Assembly (NCBI RefSeq): GCF_006345805.1
Contig: NC_043006.1
Location: 67,952,001-68,016,000, forward strand
DNA: 64,000 bases
Source: Octopus sinensis
Lineage: Eukaryota
Direction of reading: 5' to 3'
Within the stretch, counting starts at the first letter, position 1; every line of letters starts with the position of its first letter. The notes under the pieces were generated by a model that saw only the letters and a program-made list of their open reading frames with translations, made no database searches and had not been told where the DNA came from. A program made the position numbers and the translations under genes. Positions 24,227 to 36,744 of the stretch are shown piece after piece.

Positions 24227-26006
24227 GTGAGACAGCGACCACCCTTTTCACTGGCTCCTGTTCAGGTGACACATAAAAAGCACCATTTGAGCATGGCCGT
24301 TGCCAGTACCGCCTGACTGGGCCTCGTGCCGGTGGCACATAAAGCACTCACTACACTCTTGGAGTGGTTGTCATTAGGAAGGGCATCCAGCTGTAGAAAC
24401 TCTGCCAGATCAGATTAAAGCCTGGTGCAGCCATTTGGCTCACCAGTCCCCAGTTAAACTGTCCAACCCAAGCTACTATGGAAAGCGGATGTTAAATGAT
24501 GATGATGATGATATATATATATATGTAAATACACAAACACACACATGCATGCATGTACGCATGCGCACACACACACACACACATACACATCAATATATAC
24601 TGCCATATATAGTGTCTATAAGATACTCGGAATTCAAAATATCTGATTACTAGACCATCATGGCTTCAACCACCAGTAATTTGAAAAGAGGGGAGAGAGA
24701 GTTGGAAAGAGAGAAAGGTGGAAGATAGAAGGAAAGAGGAAGGAGAGGGGGAGAGAGTGAGAAGGAGAGACAGGGAAGGTAGGGTGATGATAGAGCAGTA
24801 AATCTGAATAAGAGCTGAATCAGACCATGACAAGCTATCTAAACCATGTCAGCATGGATTGTGGCCATAAGATGATAATATGTACAGGTGTGCCATGTAA
24901 TTGAGAATAAAACTGAATATGATGAAAAACAACGACACTAGATAGACAGAAAAAAACTATAGTTTAAGTAAAATGGCATACACAAATATACTAAAGAAAC
25001 ATTCAATAAAATCTCCCTTAGTCTCAATGATGACCTCAATTCAATCTAAAAAGAATCAGGTTCTCAAATATGTTGTCCATCATGCATACAAATAAAGCCC
25101 TCAACAAGTCCAGAGTGTTGTGGAACCACTTGTTGGTCTCCTTCTCAGTGTTTATGCCCTGAGATATGATGATCATGAAAACACTTTGTCATTCACTTGG
25201 GAAGAGAAGCTTATTATTATCATTATTATTATTATTATTATCATTATTATTATTATTATTATTATTATTTCCCTAAGGTTGACTTTACTTTCCATCCTTT
25301 CGGAGTTGATAAAATAAGTACCAGTTGAACACTGGGGTTGATGTAATTGACTAGCCCCTTCCCCCAAAATTTCAGGCCTTGTGCTTATAGTAGGAAGGAT
25401 TATTATTATTTAAATAGAGTCAACTACTGCTACTTGGAAGTTATCTTGAAAGTGACCAGTTTTCAGAGGCTGGATTGTTGCAGTGCACAACAGCAAACTA
25501 AACAGCTACCCATCAGAACTGTTTTGCATTGCAAGCTCAGTCTGTCAGGGCTACTTACAGTCTCCTCTTCTGTATGTGCTGGTTCTCAAGTCATGGCCGT
25601 AGAGGTCAGAACAGTTGAGAGGCATCCCTTTCAAACTTGGATATGGGAGGACAGTGTTGGCATATGTGGACATCATGTCATGGTGTCAGATGCCTCCAAA
25701 GTAGAGATAGTTGGTACCATTCTGAGGTAATACAAGTCGATTGCAGGGACCAAAATCAACGCTGACAAGTCAGTGGGTTTGTAGTTGGGCATCTGGACAG
25801 GCAGATCAATGCTGTTGGACAGCATTGTTGGATGCTAGACTGGCAAACCAGTTAAACTGCTCAGATTCTAGTTCAGTCCCAACCTCCAGTTGGATAAAAA
25901 CTGAACAGGATGACAGGTCTTACCCAGAAATGGGCAGAAAGGAAGCTGTCCCTGAAATGTCAAGCAAAAGTGGTGAATGCCTATATAGCTTCCCTCATTA
26001 TTTATA

Positions 26007-26237
26007 TATTTCTTTACTGCCCTCAAGGGGCTAAACATAGAGGGGACAAATAAGGGCAGACAAAGGGATTAAGTCGATTACATCGACCCAGTGCGAAACT
26101 GGTACTTTATTTATCGACCCCGAGAGGATGAAAGGCAAAGTCGACCTCGGTGGAATTTGAACTCAGAACGTAACGGCAGACAAAATACGGCTACGCATTT
26201 CGCCCGGCGTGCTAACGATTCTGCCAGCTCGCCGCCT
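26007..26237 (-). mobile_element. tRNA-derived SINE (family C, Meta-domain-like core), young copy fused to the tRNA-Tyr half
   Basis: aaggcggcgagctggcagaatcgttagc...ttctgagttcaaattcc...gcctttcatcctctcggggtcgataaataaagtaccag...aaagaaata tail. CpGs are retained. Confidence 0.85.
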
Positions 26238-26250
26238 TATTAAATTCTTA

Positions 26251-26287
26251 CTACAGTTCTCCGCTCTACCAACTGAGCTATCGCGAG
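26251..26287 (-). pseudogene. tRNA-Tyr(GTA) 5' exon only, retroposed fragment
   Basis: CTCGCGATAGCTCAGTTGGTAGAGCGGAGAACTGTAG aligns to positions 1-37 of eukaryotic tRNA-Tyr, ending exactly at the canonical intron site. No 3' half is nearby. Confidence 0.8.
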
Positions 26288-27240
26288 AAACAAATTATTT
26301 ATAGCCTGACCATCATGCCCTGCCTCAGTTACTGCTTGATGAGGTTGGAGAATCTCTTATTCATCTTCTTTTGGAAGGGACATGTTCCAACTGTTAGGTG
26401 GTCAGTCTGCTACCAGCACCCTCTGTGTGGTGGCTTAGGCATGCTGTGGCTGCTGATGCAGGGACATGCACTGAGGTTGCACCTCCTGCAATGATTTCAG
26501 GAAGGGCAGCAAGCTGGGAGAATCGTTAGCACACCGGGCGAAATGCTTAGCGGTATTTCGTCTGCAGTTACGTTCTGGGTTCAAATTCCACCGAGGTTGA
26601 CTATGCCTTTCATCCTTTCGGGGTCGATTAAATAAGTACCAGTTGCGCACTGAGATCGATGTAATCAACTTAATCACTTTGCCTGTCCTTGTTTGTCCCC
26701 TCTCTGTTTAGTCCCCCTGTGGGTAATAAATATATAATAATAATAATAATAATAATAATTGTGTACAGTGCTCAGGTGCACTACAACTCATCTAAAGTGT
26801 ATATATAATCAGGTGTAGTTTCGGCGGATTTCGGAAAGCATGTGGGCCTTAAAGGATGCAGTGTCATGGCAGTCAACAACTGACGCAGGCAATATATATA
26901 TACACATACATTTGATCACTTTAAACAAATGATTCGTGCAGGTCATATGTCGTCACCGACGGGAGAATCCACCATACAAACACACACACACACATTAAAG
27001 TTAGATAAGGCCGGTTTATGAGATTACTTTAGATTTCACGTTCATGAAGAGTTTAGTGTTATGACGTATCACCAGACCCCAAAACCTGTTGGCTTTTGGG
27101 ATTTGATGATACAAGGTAATCCCATAAAGCTGCCTTACCTAACTTTCATATACTGCTCTAAAGAGTGCGTCTTTTTTTCGGATTTGTTTTTACAAGCGAT
27201 ATATATATATGTGTGTGTGTGTATGGATATGTCCGTATAT

Positions 27241-27275
<35 letters not shown>

Positions 27276-27872
27276 GAAAAAGAGAAGAGAGAGAGAGAAA
27301 AGGAGAAAGAGAAGGAGAGAGAAAGTGTGTGTGTGTGCGCGGGCGTGCGTATGCATGAATATATCAGAATGTCCGAAGTTATGACAATGACCGTGGTATA
27401 AATGGACAAAGGTATTTATAATTGTGTCAGTAGGAAACAGTTGAGGTTGATAGGAGAGGTGTTTATTAAGACCATATGCCTACACTATGCATTGCTTTTT
27501 GCTAAGGACAGTAACCGACTTAATTGTCTTTTTTTAGTGCATATCTTCTCCATACTACAACTTTAGTTAATAACTTTCGGACGTTTGCACGTAATATATG
27601 TGCATGATTTTGTCTATATTCTAAGAAATGTATCTATATATGAATATATAAAATATATATGCATATGTATTTGTACGTATTCATAAAAAACATGCATGAG
27701 GCAGACATTCCGATCTATCCACCGTATGTTGGCCAGCAACAATGTGTTTTTAGTTGGTTGCTCTTTCTCTAATTTTTGTGGACAAAGATAGTCGCTGACT
27801 GACACACACGCACTTGTTCCGAGCCACTGTTCACCCTCCCCTTCCTCTCCCTCTCTCTCTATCTATTGCTAA

Positions 27873-27972
27873 NNNNNNNNNNNNNNNNNNNNNNNNNNNN
27901 NNNNNNNNNNNNNNNNNNNNNNNNNNNNNNNNNNNNNNNNNNNNNNNNNNNNNNNNNNNNNNNNNNNNNNNN
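27873..27972. other. Assembly gap (100 N)
   Basis: Run of exactly 100 N; true size and contiguity are unknown. Confidence 0.99.
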
Positions 27973-28559
27973 AATGTCTTGCTTTGAAAAACTGCATTTA
28001 GGTATGATTAGTATAATTTTGGTAGTAATGACTTTGTCCCTCTTAGTGTGAGGCATTTATGTGTAATAATGCCCTCTATACAATATAGATATAATTAATT
28101 TGTTCAAAAGAAAAAATTATTTTCGAATCTTTCTTTTATGAGGTTTTCACGCTAACTACCCGATAATTTCTTGTTAAGATCCTTATTAAGAGATTATCCT
28201 TAATTGTTAAAATATATATATATATATATATATCTGTGTTATTATATTTAAGGATGGTAATCTTATGGCAATGAACACATGCACTATTTATTTGACCTTC
28301 ACTTTAACTTTATTATTATTACTTTAGTTGTCAGATTTGTTTCATCACACATTCCGTGACCGCTTGAGTAACTTTCTGGCCCTCATGTCTGTTCTTCTCT
28401 CTGGTCTTTTCCTGCCTATTCCATTTTATCTTCATGTGATATATATCCCTATCTGTGCATGTGTTTACATCCGGATCTGTGCGTGTGTATGTGTCATGGG
28501 TTTGTATATTACAGTTTGTACCTATGCCTGTTATTTATTTCTTGTCTTTAGTCATCAGG

Positions 28560-30730
28560 TTGCATAGTGTTGTGGCGTGTGGGAAGTTATTCCATTCACA
28601 TTTGCTGTTGAGGTTTGGTTTATCTTCTATTATGTGTGTGTGGCCTCTGTAACATGTCTCAGTGTCATTTCTGTTCTCCATGTTGATAGGGTCCTAACAT
28701 GTATGCTATCTATTGGGTCCCATGTTCTAATTTAGCATGTTAGTATATCACTGATGAGCTTTTCTCCTCCTTGAGTTCCTACTAATGTTCACTTATCTCC
28801 TCTCTTATGCTGTGGGCTGTCTCTTCAATGTATCTTGTCCTGTTTCTGCACGATCCCTCTGTACACCTTATACTATAGACTACATTCCTAGTTTTATGGC
28901 ATATCTGTGGGCTTACGCACTATGCACAGAAACTTCTTTCAAATGGGCATGCTCTACAGATCAGGGATTTTATGGGAGTTCCTGACTTTTTTACTGTTTT
29001 AATCTGAATATTCATCTTGCTTAAGGTTTTTTAAAAATGATATGCTAGTTTGCCCCCAGGAGTAGTATCAACAAACATGACACTCTGGTAATTTTGGCTG
29101 TCATACCATGAGTTGACCTAACCTTTCTTGCTCTTAGCACTTTTTATGCTATTTCATGATTTACTCATGTGTAGTGGACAGGCCCTGTTTGCATCCTCTC
29201 CTGTGATGGTCTTTTGCCATGGCTCCTTTATACACCCTGATCCTGTCTCTTTGGCTATACCCAGAGAACTGCATGTGGTGGATAAAGAGTATGTATCTCT
29301 CTAATTCTGTTGGGTTGCACATGTGGGATACATTTCTCATCACCCTTGGCAATTGCTATGATCTGGTAATTGGAGGCCATGGCTTTGGCATAGTGTGAAT
29401 AGAAGATTTGGACCTTGTTATTCCTAGTTTCCAGCCAGAGTTCAGTGTTAAACAGTCTGTAGTTGAGGTGCTTACTCAGGTAATGTACTGTTACCTGAAT
29501 ACTTTAGTGGATGCTCTCCATGGTACCAGCTTCTAGTTCATAGATATTGTCTTGTGGAGGTGCTTTTGCTGCTATGTTGATATCTTCAACATAGCACGAA
29601 TACATGTTTAGGGCTATGGGGCTTTCTGCTATGTGTTGAGTCTCCTATCCCACCATACCATAAAGAGGTTGGCTACTTCTCCAATCATATTGCCACTGAT
29701 GGCTGCATCCTCTTCTTGAGTTTATATTTTGTTATTGAACTTAAACATGTGGCCCTTTAATATAGCTTTGGTACTCACACCTACTGCATGTGTGACTGTT
29801 TTTCTCATCTGATCATGGTTGTTGGGGGCTCTGTATGGCTCTGGTCCACCTGTTCCATCTTTTTTTAGTGGTTTTCTTCGATATTGAGATTATAGTGGGA
29901 GATCTGCCTTGTATTGGTCTGCCGAAGCAGAAACATCTATAGTTGTGTTTGTCGAGTTACTCTTTGTCACATGTAAGTCTAAGGAAGAAGCCCAGTTCCT
30001 CTACGTCAACACCACAAAACTCCACATTGCTTTCACTGATCATCTCCATGCATTTATCCACTGCAAAATCAACGTCGATGGATAGGTATAGGGACACCAC
30101 ATTCATACTGCCTCTTATGCATCCTGTCAGGTCTTAGGTGCAGTTGCTTTCTTTGATTCTGCTGAGGAGGTCTTCTGTGTTGTCATACACATTTGGGGAC
30201 AGCTTGATTCTGGGGTGTATGATCATAGAGAGGAAGTAGGAAACTCTGTAGTTGCTAGCAATCTTAGCTCCACAGACCAGTCTTGATAGTAGTCCTCGTA
30301 CTGGACCAGTGTTCATTTTGTGATTGTTGTGGAGTCCATACAGCACTGGGATGTTGTTTTTTTGCAGCTTGGAAATTGTTGGCTATGCTTTTCTTTGGTC
30401 CCAGGATGTTTGCTCACATCATCATGTGAGCATAGAGGATTTTTTCTCTCTCCTCATATGTTTGTAACATTGTTTTTCTCATGTTGGTGATGTGAGGTTT
30501 ACATTGCCTGGATGTGATTTGGCAGAATGTCTATCAGTATTCTGCTGGACTTGTCTGTGGGGAAGCACACAACCTCCTTATTTTTTGTGACTTTTCCATT
30601 GAGTTACTGAGCCTCTCTCCTACTCTGTCTCCTACTGTACCATTCTAAAATCTAAGACCTGTCCTAGCTATGGTGAATTGTGCTTCTGTTTGGGCGTTTG
30701 TCTGTTGTGAGATACCTACACTTTTTGTTG
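28560..30730 (-). mobile_element. Decayed Penelope-like retroelement (RT plus C-terminal GIY-YIG endonuclease)
   Basis: Minus-strand motifs in order: VVCFPTDKS, LYGLHNNHK..PVRGLLS, NTEDLL, GEVANLFMVWWD, MQFSGYS, then CHKTRNVVYSIRC...RYIEET (GIY-YIG) and LNSKCEWN. Many stops and frameshifts. Confidence 0.8.
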
Positions 30731-31899
30731 AAAGATGGGGTTGTTGGATAAATACGGCTCATCGTTTACACTTCTCTGTATATTTCTGTGTTTGTCCCCC
30801 ACCACCTCTTGAAACCGGTGTTGGTATGTTTACGTCCGCGTAAATTAGCAGTTCGGCAAAGGAAACCGATAGAATAAGTACAAGGCTTTAAAAAATAAAA
30901 ATACTGGGGTAGATTCATTGACTAAAATTCTTCGAGGTGGTGCTCCAGCATGGCCGTAGTCTAATGACTGCGACAAGTGAAAGTTAAAAAAGGACAGACA
31001 TTATATATATATAACATGTATGTATATATATTTTGTATTTATATGATATATAGGCGTGTGGTAAGTAGTTTGCTTACCAACCACATGGTTCCGGGTTCAG
31101 TCCCACTGCGTGGCACCTTGGGCAAGTGTCTTCTACTATAGTCTCGGGCCGACCAAAGCCTTGTGAGTGGATTTAGTAGACGAAAACTGAAAGAAGCCCG
31201 TTGTATATGTGTGTGTGTCCCCAACATCGCTCGACAACCGATGCTGGTGTGTTTACGTCCCCATAACCTAGCGGTTTGGCAAAAGAAACCGATAGAATAA
31301 GTACTAGGCTTATAAAGAATAAGTCCCGGGGTCGATTTGCTCGACTAAAAAGGCGGTGGTCCAGCATGGCCACAGTCAAATGACTGAAGCAAGTAAAAGA
31401 GTATATGCATTGTCAGAGTATATAATTGTGTGTATATCATTACGTTCATTCATTCATACATACTATACATATAGCCACGTTCGTATGTACTCGACACATT
31501 CACATGTATACATGTATGTTTAAACAGTCTTTTTATCAAACAAACCCCTATTATGTCGTATTTCTTTTTTAATGTTTTCAACTGTAGTTGTTTTATTTAA
31601 AATTGTCAAGGTCTTAGGGAACAGCATATATGCCACTTACACCGTATTTTTTTCCCTCCTTCCAAACATCACGATCTTCGTGTATATTATAAAGAAATAC
31701 ATTTTGTTGATATCGAGGCAATAATATCTTAGCAAACCGATTTTGTCCATCAGTATTTCGTTTGCGGCGTTAATATAATTGGAAAGTGCATGACCATCTC
31801 TTCTTTGTTTTGCCTGTTGCCAAAATTTTTAAATAATAAAAATTCTTCTTTGTATTTATGTCATTACAATTTATAAATCTCGTTTTCCCTCCGCTGCAT

Positions 31900-33090
31900 T
31901 TGTTTCAGTATTTCCAAATAATATTGGTGATATAATCTTACAAAAAAAATTAGTGAAAGAAAATATATTCTCCTCCTCAGTATTAATTAATTAGCCAGAC
32001 TGTAAACACCTGTCATTTACAGGTAATAATTAAAGTCCAGTTGCACTCAATTTTGAGTATTTTGATGTTTAACCGCGTTACACAAACATCATAAAGCTCG
32101 GTTATAATTTCAACATATTCAGTTGTGTTGAGTATATAGCTCGGTTAAATCTCAAACACACCCGCTAATGTGTAATTGTGTGTGTTTTCGAGACTTGCTG
32201 GAAAGATGTTTCATTAAAAAAAACCAAAAATTAATTAAAAAAATTTACGGCAGTCGCTAAAGAACCTGGTAGCTACGAAGTTGAATCGGTGAGTGACACC
32301 AACTACAGCAACCTGTTGAAGAAAGCAATAATACGAATGAACGAGGAATTAGGCTAATTGTTTAGCTTCTTAATTGGTTCTAAGTTGAAGGTTTAATAAT
32401 ATTTTGTATTTACTGTTGAATAGATTGTTTTTTTTTCCTCAATGTTTGTCAGCTTGTTAGTTCGATAGCTCGTATCTGTTAAAATTGTTTGTTACACCAA
32501 CCCAGATAGGTATACTACCACCCCCATCATCATCATCATTATTATCACACTAGTGAACTACTACTACCACTTCTACACACATAAATACACACAATACTCT
32601 TCCAATACTATTGACATTACATCTTCAACTCTTGCTGAACGAATATTGATCGATTACTTTAAAAACCCTCACTAACCTCCCTCCACCGAACACTTCACCT
32701 CACGTGTCTATACACTACAGTTTTCTTTACTGTTCTGATTCTTTTACAATTTCTGAGTGAGAGGAAGGCATGCTTCCCGTTTTTTCCAACAACTGTCAGT
32801 TCATTTTTAGTATTGCTTATATATTTATCGATTACAGATTTGCATATACATCCATTTATTCCCCTAGAGTTGTCTGAAATTTGTCTGTGGTTTGTAATTG
32901 ATAACAGAGGCAAAGAAGCACGGTATTGTCTATATATATAGACAATATCTTGGATGTTTTAATGGCTGTTGTGAGTGAAACGACGGGGAATTCCTTGTTT
33001 TGTCAGGTCTCTCTTTATTCGGAATTAGGTAGAATAATCAAATAGAACAAAATAAAGAGAGCGTGGCGATAGTGACGTGACCTTCCTGCG
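31900..33090 (+). promoter_or_regulatory. Probable promoter and 5'UTR exons of the RhoGAP gene
   Basis: Non-repetitive, CpG-retaining region. Donor TCG|gtgagt at 32288/32289. Candidate UTR exon 33007-33090 (ttttgtcag|...GCG|gtaata). Confidence 0.4.
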
Positions 33091-33529
33091 GTAATATTGG
33101 TTACTCTTTCGAATCTACTTTTACTTTCTATTTACCTACTTCCAACATTCTGTCTCTCCACTTTGTCTTTCTCTATCACACATACATGTATGTATAATCA
33201 ACTGATATATCTTAATTTGATTTTTTTAATGTATAATTCACTAGGGTTTGTAATAGTTTGATATCAGTTCAGTTCATGACAATACTTGTAAAAGGTCAAT
33301 CAGATGCAACAAAGCTATTTCATATAAATTATTTTCATATAAATTAGTTGTAATTAATCACAAAATTATGAAAATTTATATTTAATTTACCTACTTAAAT
33401 CTATAATTATTTAATGTTACCATGTAACTATGTCTTTTCTCATGTTCAACATTGCTTTATTATTTCTTGTTTGACTGAAGAATTAAGATTTCTTTTTCTC
33501 TTTCTTTCTCTTACAATATGTAGGGCACG

Positions 33530-34759
33530 ATGACTACAAGCAACAATAATAATAATAAGACATGTGTGGGTGAACCACTGTCTTTACACAACTTGTCTTT
33601 AAGCAGCAACGGCAGTGATACATATGAGGAGAAGGAGCTGTCTCCTGCTGTCATTTGTGATGACAGTGGTATGCAGTCCCTTGATGAGAGTAGCGACAGC
33701 ACTAGGGAAAGTGTGTCTGAGAAAACAGAGCAAGATGAGTTGGAAGATGATGTTTTTCTAAAAGCTCTTTATAACTATGAATATAGTTACGACAATGGAG
33801 ATAAAGTGACTATGGTTAAAGGGGACATATACCGGCTGGTGTCAAATAGTGCTGATGACTGGTGGCAAGTTGAAAAAATAGAAGATGGAAATGTAATCTA
33901 TGTTCCTGCTGATTATGTATTTAAATTGGAGGATTATTACCCAGGCAACAACAGACCATTGCCACCAATTATTGCCAAAGATACATCTGATAATAGTACT
34001 AAACCAGTTGAAACTAAACCACTTCAAATTAAACCAGCTGAAATCAAACCAGTTGAAACTCAACTACTTGAAACTAATCTGTTTGAAACTAAACCAGTTG
34101 AAACTCAACTACTTGAAACTAATCTGTTTGAAACTAAACCAGTTGAAATCAAAACAGTTGAAGCTAAACAAAAGCCTCATGCTACTGGTGAGAAAAGGAA
34201 GAAACATCCTGCTCCTGTTGCCACACCCGAGATGTTAGCTGCTGCCAAAGCAAAGGCTCCAACCAGACCAAACACAACTGTACTGAACCGAAGTTTTAGT
34301 AGTGATAATGCTGGAACAGTTCCTGTGACTACCTCCTCATCTTTTGGGTGGCCCGATTCATCAGAAACCTCTTCTCAAGCCAATTTTTCTATAAACAACA
34401 ACAACAACAACAATAATAATAACAATAACTTTGATGCTTGTATCCAGGTTGTGGTTAATTCTGATAATCAGTACCCCCAAGAGATATTGCGAAGTGGAAA
34501 TTATAGTACTTTTGGTAAAGGTTCAATCAATCCAATCAGAACATTGGAAAGGCCCAAAAGCTATCACTATGGGGCATCCAGCAGATATCTTGAAAGCCCT
34601 GAACATGGGCATGAAAAAACAATTCAATTAGGGAAGTGTCAACATTCTCAAAGCAATAGTGATTATATAAACCTTGATGAACTGGGTCCTGTTTTAAAAT
34701 ACCAAAAGGAACCTGAAAATGGAAGTGTGGAAAGTCTTACCAATCCAAAAGACAGAAGA
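33530..34759 (+). CDS. ARHGAP12: First coding exon (410 aa) of an ARHGAP9/12/27-family SH3-containing RhoGAP
   Basis: Acceptor tttctc...atgtag|G at 33523/33524, ATG at 33530, donor AGA|gtaagt at 34759/34760 (phase 0). SH3 domain ALYNYEYSYDNGDKVTMVKGDIYRLVSNSADDWWQVEKIEDGNVIYVPADYV resembles the ARHGAP12/27 N-terminal SH3 (YDYEY...DDWWQV...YVPAQYV), with a downstream DYINLDEL motif. The exon is well supported; the paralog symbol is only a nearest match and the GAP domain is not in the window. Confidence 0.75.
34001..34165 (+). repeat. Coding 15-nt (pentapeptide) repeat x11 with an exact 45-nt tandem duplication
   Basis: KPVET KPLQI KPAEI KPVET QLLET NLFET KPVET QLLET NLFET KPVEI KTVEA. 34046-34090 is identical to 34091-34135. 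Confidence 0.92.
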
Positions 34760-36744
34760 GTAAGTAGAATAAATATTCTTTTTTGTTTACAAGTTTTCTT
34801 CAAAACTTTTTTTTCCCTTCATATTAAACCAGAACTAACATCCATTTCTAGCATATTATCTCCCCTAAGAAGATGCTGGCTATCAAATATCTGAAACTGT
34901 TTCTTTCTGTTGGCTATGTCTTTTTGTTTAAGAAGGAATTTTCATTTCTGCTGTTTGAATTTGCTATCTCAGTTCAAATACTTGTGCAACCCCCAAATGT
35001 TTTGAAATTATCTTGCCCACTACTCTAATTTCTATAGAATGGCAGATAACATCTCTTGTTTTCTCTGTTGTTTTAATGGCTCTTGGCATTCTGCTGTCCT
35101 TATAAGGCTCAGACATAACTTGCAGTTTAAACATTGATATGTCATTTTTTTGTGAAGGCATGTGGCCTAGTGATTAGGCAGTTGCACCTCACAATCACTA
35201 GATTGTGGGTTTGATACCCTGATCAGATGGTGCGATGTGTTCTTGAGTAAAACACTTCATTTCACATTGCTCCAGTCCCCCTTTCGATTGGGAGGAATGT
35301 TGGCCTGCTTGCTTAGCCAGCGAGGATGGGAGGGTATCATTTGAAGGCCAAAACAATGCAAAATGCATTGTAACTTGTGATGTGTAACAACATCTGATAG
35401 CCTCATCAGTCATGTGGTCACATGATGTTGTTTTTTTGTGGTGAGATTCTGAATATCTGCCTGATAGGTGTAAGGCCTGAAATTTTGGGAGATGAGATTA
35501 GTTGATTTCATCAACCCCGGTTCTTGACCAGTACTATTTTATCGAACCTGAAAGGCAAAATCAACCATAGCAGAATATCTGCCTGATAATGCCATTGTGT
35601 TTGTGTCATTTATACAGTTAGGTGTTGATATATCTCTCATCATTAGATAACTTTGTTTTACTTCACAAATCCTTACCTGAAATCCTATAAGCCTTTACCC
35701 ATTTCATCATGGTTCTGATACAGGTGCATGAGATGTATTTACCTTCATTATTGCTTGTTTCGCAATTCACTAGATATCTATTTCTGGCTAAGGTAGCAGG
35801 TCCAGAATAAAAATTCTTTGACCTTCTGACCATATCTTTGCTTAACATACTTTTTGTTTGCATTCAACAACAAGGAAAGTCTATAACATTTCCCATAAGC
35901 TGCAAGTGTGGGTCAGTATTTTGACCAGATTGATCATATATTGGCTTTATAGTTATGCAAAGAACAGGGAATAAAAGAAAGTCTTAGCTACTAACAGTTG
36001 AAGAAGATGACTTGTTTCTCGTTTAATTTCTAATGCTTTAGAAGCTGAGGTATTTATTCTGATAAGTATGGATAATATATACAAAGATAGCTTAGTTATT
36101 ACTCTTTTACTTGTTTCAGTCATTTGACTGTGGCCATGCTAGAGCACCGCCTTTAGTCGAGCAAATTGACCTCAGGACTTATTCTTTGTAAACCTATTGG
36201 GTTTTTTTTTTGCCGAACCACTAAGTTACGGGGATGTAAACACACCAGCATCAGTTGTCAAGCGATGTTGAGGGGACAAACACAGACACCCCTCTCCCTC
36301 ACACGACGGGCTTCTTTCATTTCCTGTCTACCAAATCCACTCGCAAGGCTTTGGTCGGCCCGAGGCTATAGTAGAAGACACTTACCCAAGGTGCCACGCA
36401 GTGGGACTGAACCCGGAACCATGTGGTTGGTAAACAAGCTACTTACCACACAGTCACTCCTACACCTATAACCATTTTGTTACCATATTTCTGTTTAAAT
36501 GCACTGGCTTTGCTTCAATTAATTTTGAAAATAAAGTATTTAGTAAAATAATCTTGTCATTATCAAGCTGGTATTTGGAATGTAAATTAGCATGAAATTC
36601 TGATGGAAACCTTTTAGATCACTTTAACCCTTTAGCATTTAAAGAGGCTATATCTCGCCAAAACATTCTCCTTATTTTGTGTTTAAACTGGCTAGATCTG
36701 GTTTCTCACATCAAACCTACAATCATCATCATACATACATATAT

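Larger units (their letters stand above)
25515..26495 (+). mobile_element. Decayed L1/Tx1-clade LINE ORF2 (RT) fragment, interrupted at 26007-26293
   Basis: SVCQGYLQSPLLYVLVL...LAYVD (RT motifs QG.PLSP / YADD), KINADKS, WAERKLSLK and FFWKG...CYQHPLCGGLGM, with in-frame stops. Confidence 0.8.

Noticed and set aside
28530-28560. CTGATGA…GAAA on the minus strand as a Penelope hammerhead
   Set aside because: No pairing stem II or stem I and no cleavage triplet. It falls at the end of the endonuclease reading frame.
34760-34894. C-terminal part of the 454-aa ORF (VSRINILF…)
   Set aside because: It lies beyond a strong GTAAGT donor at 34760 and is intron read-through.
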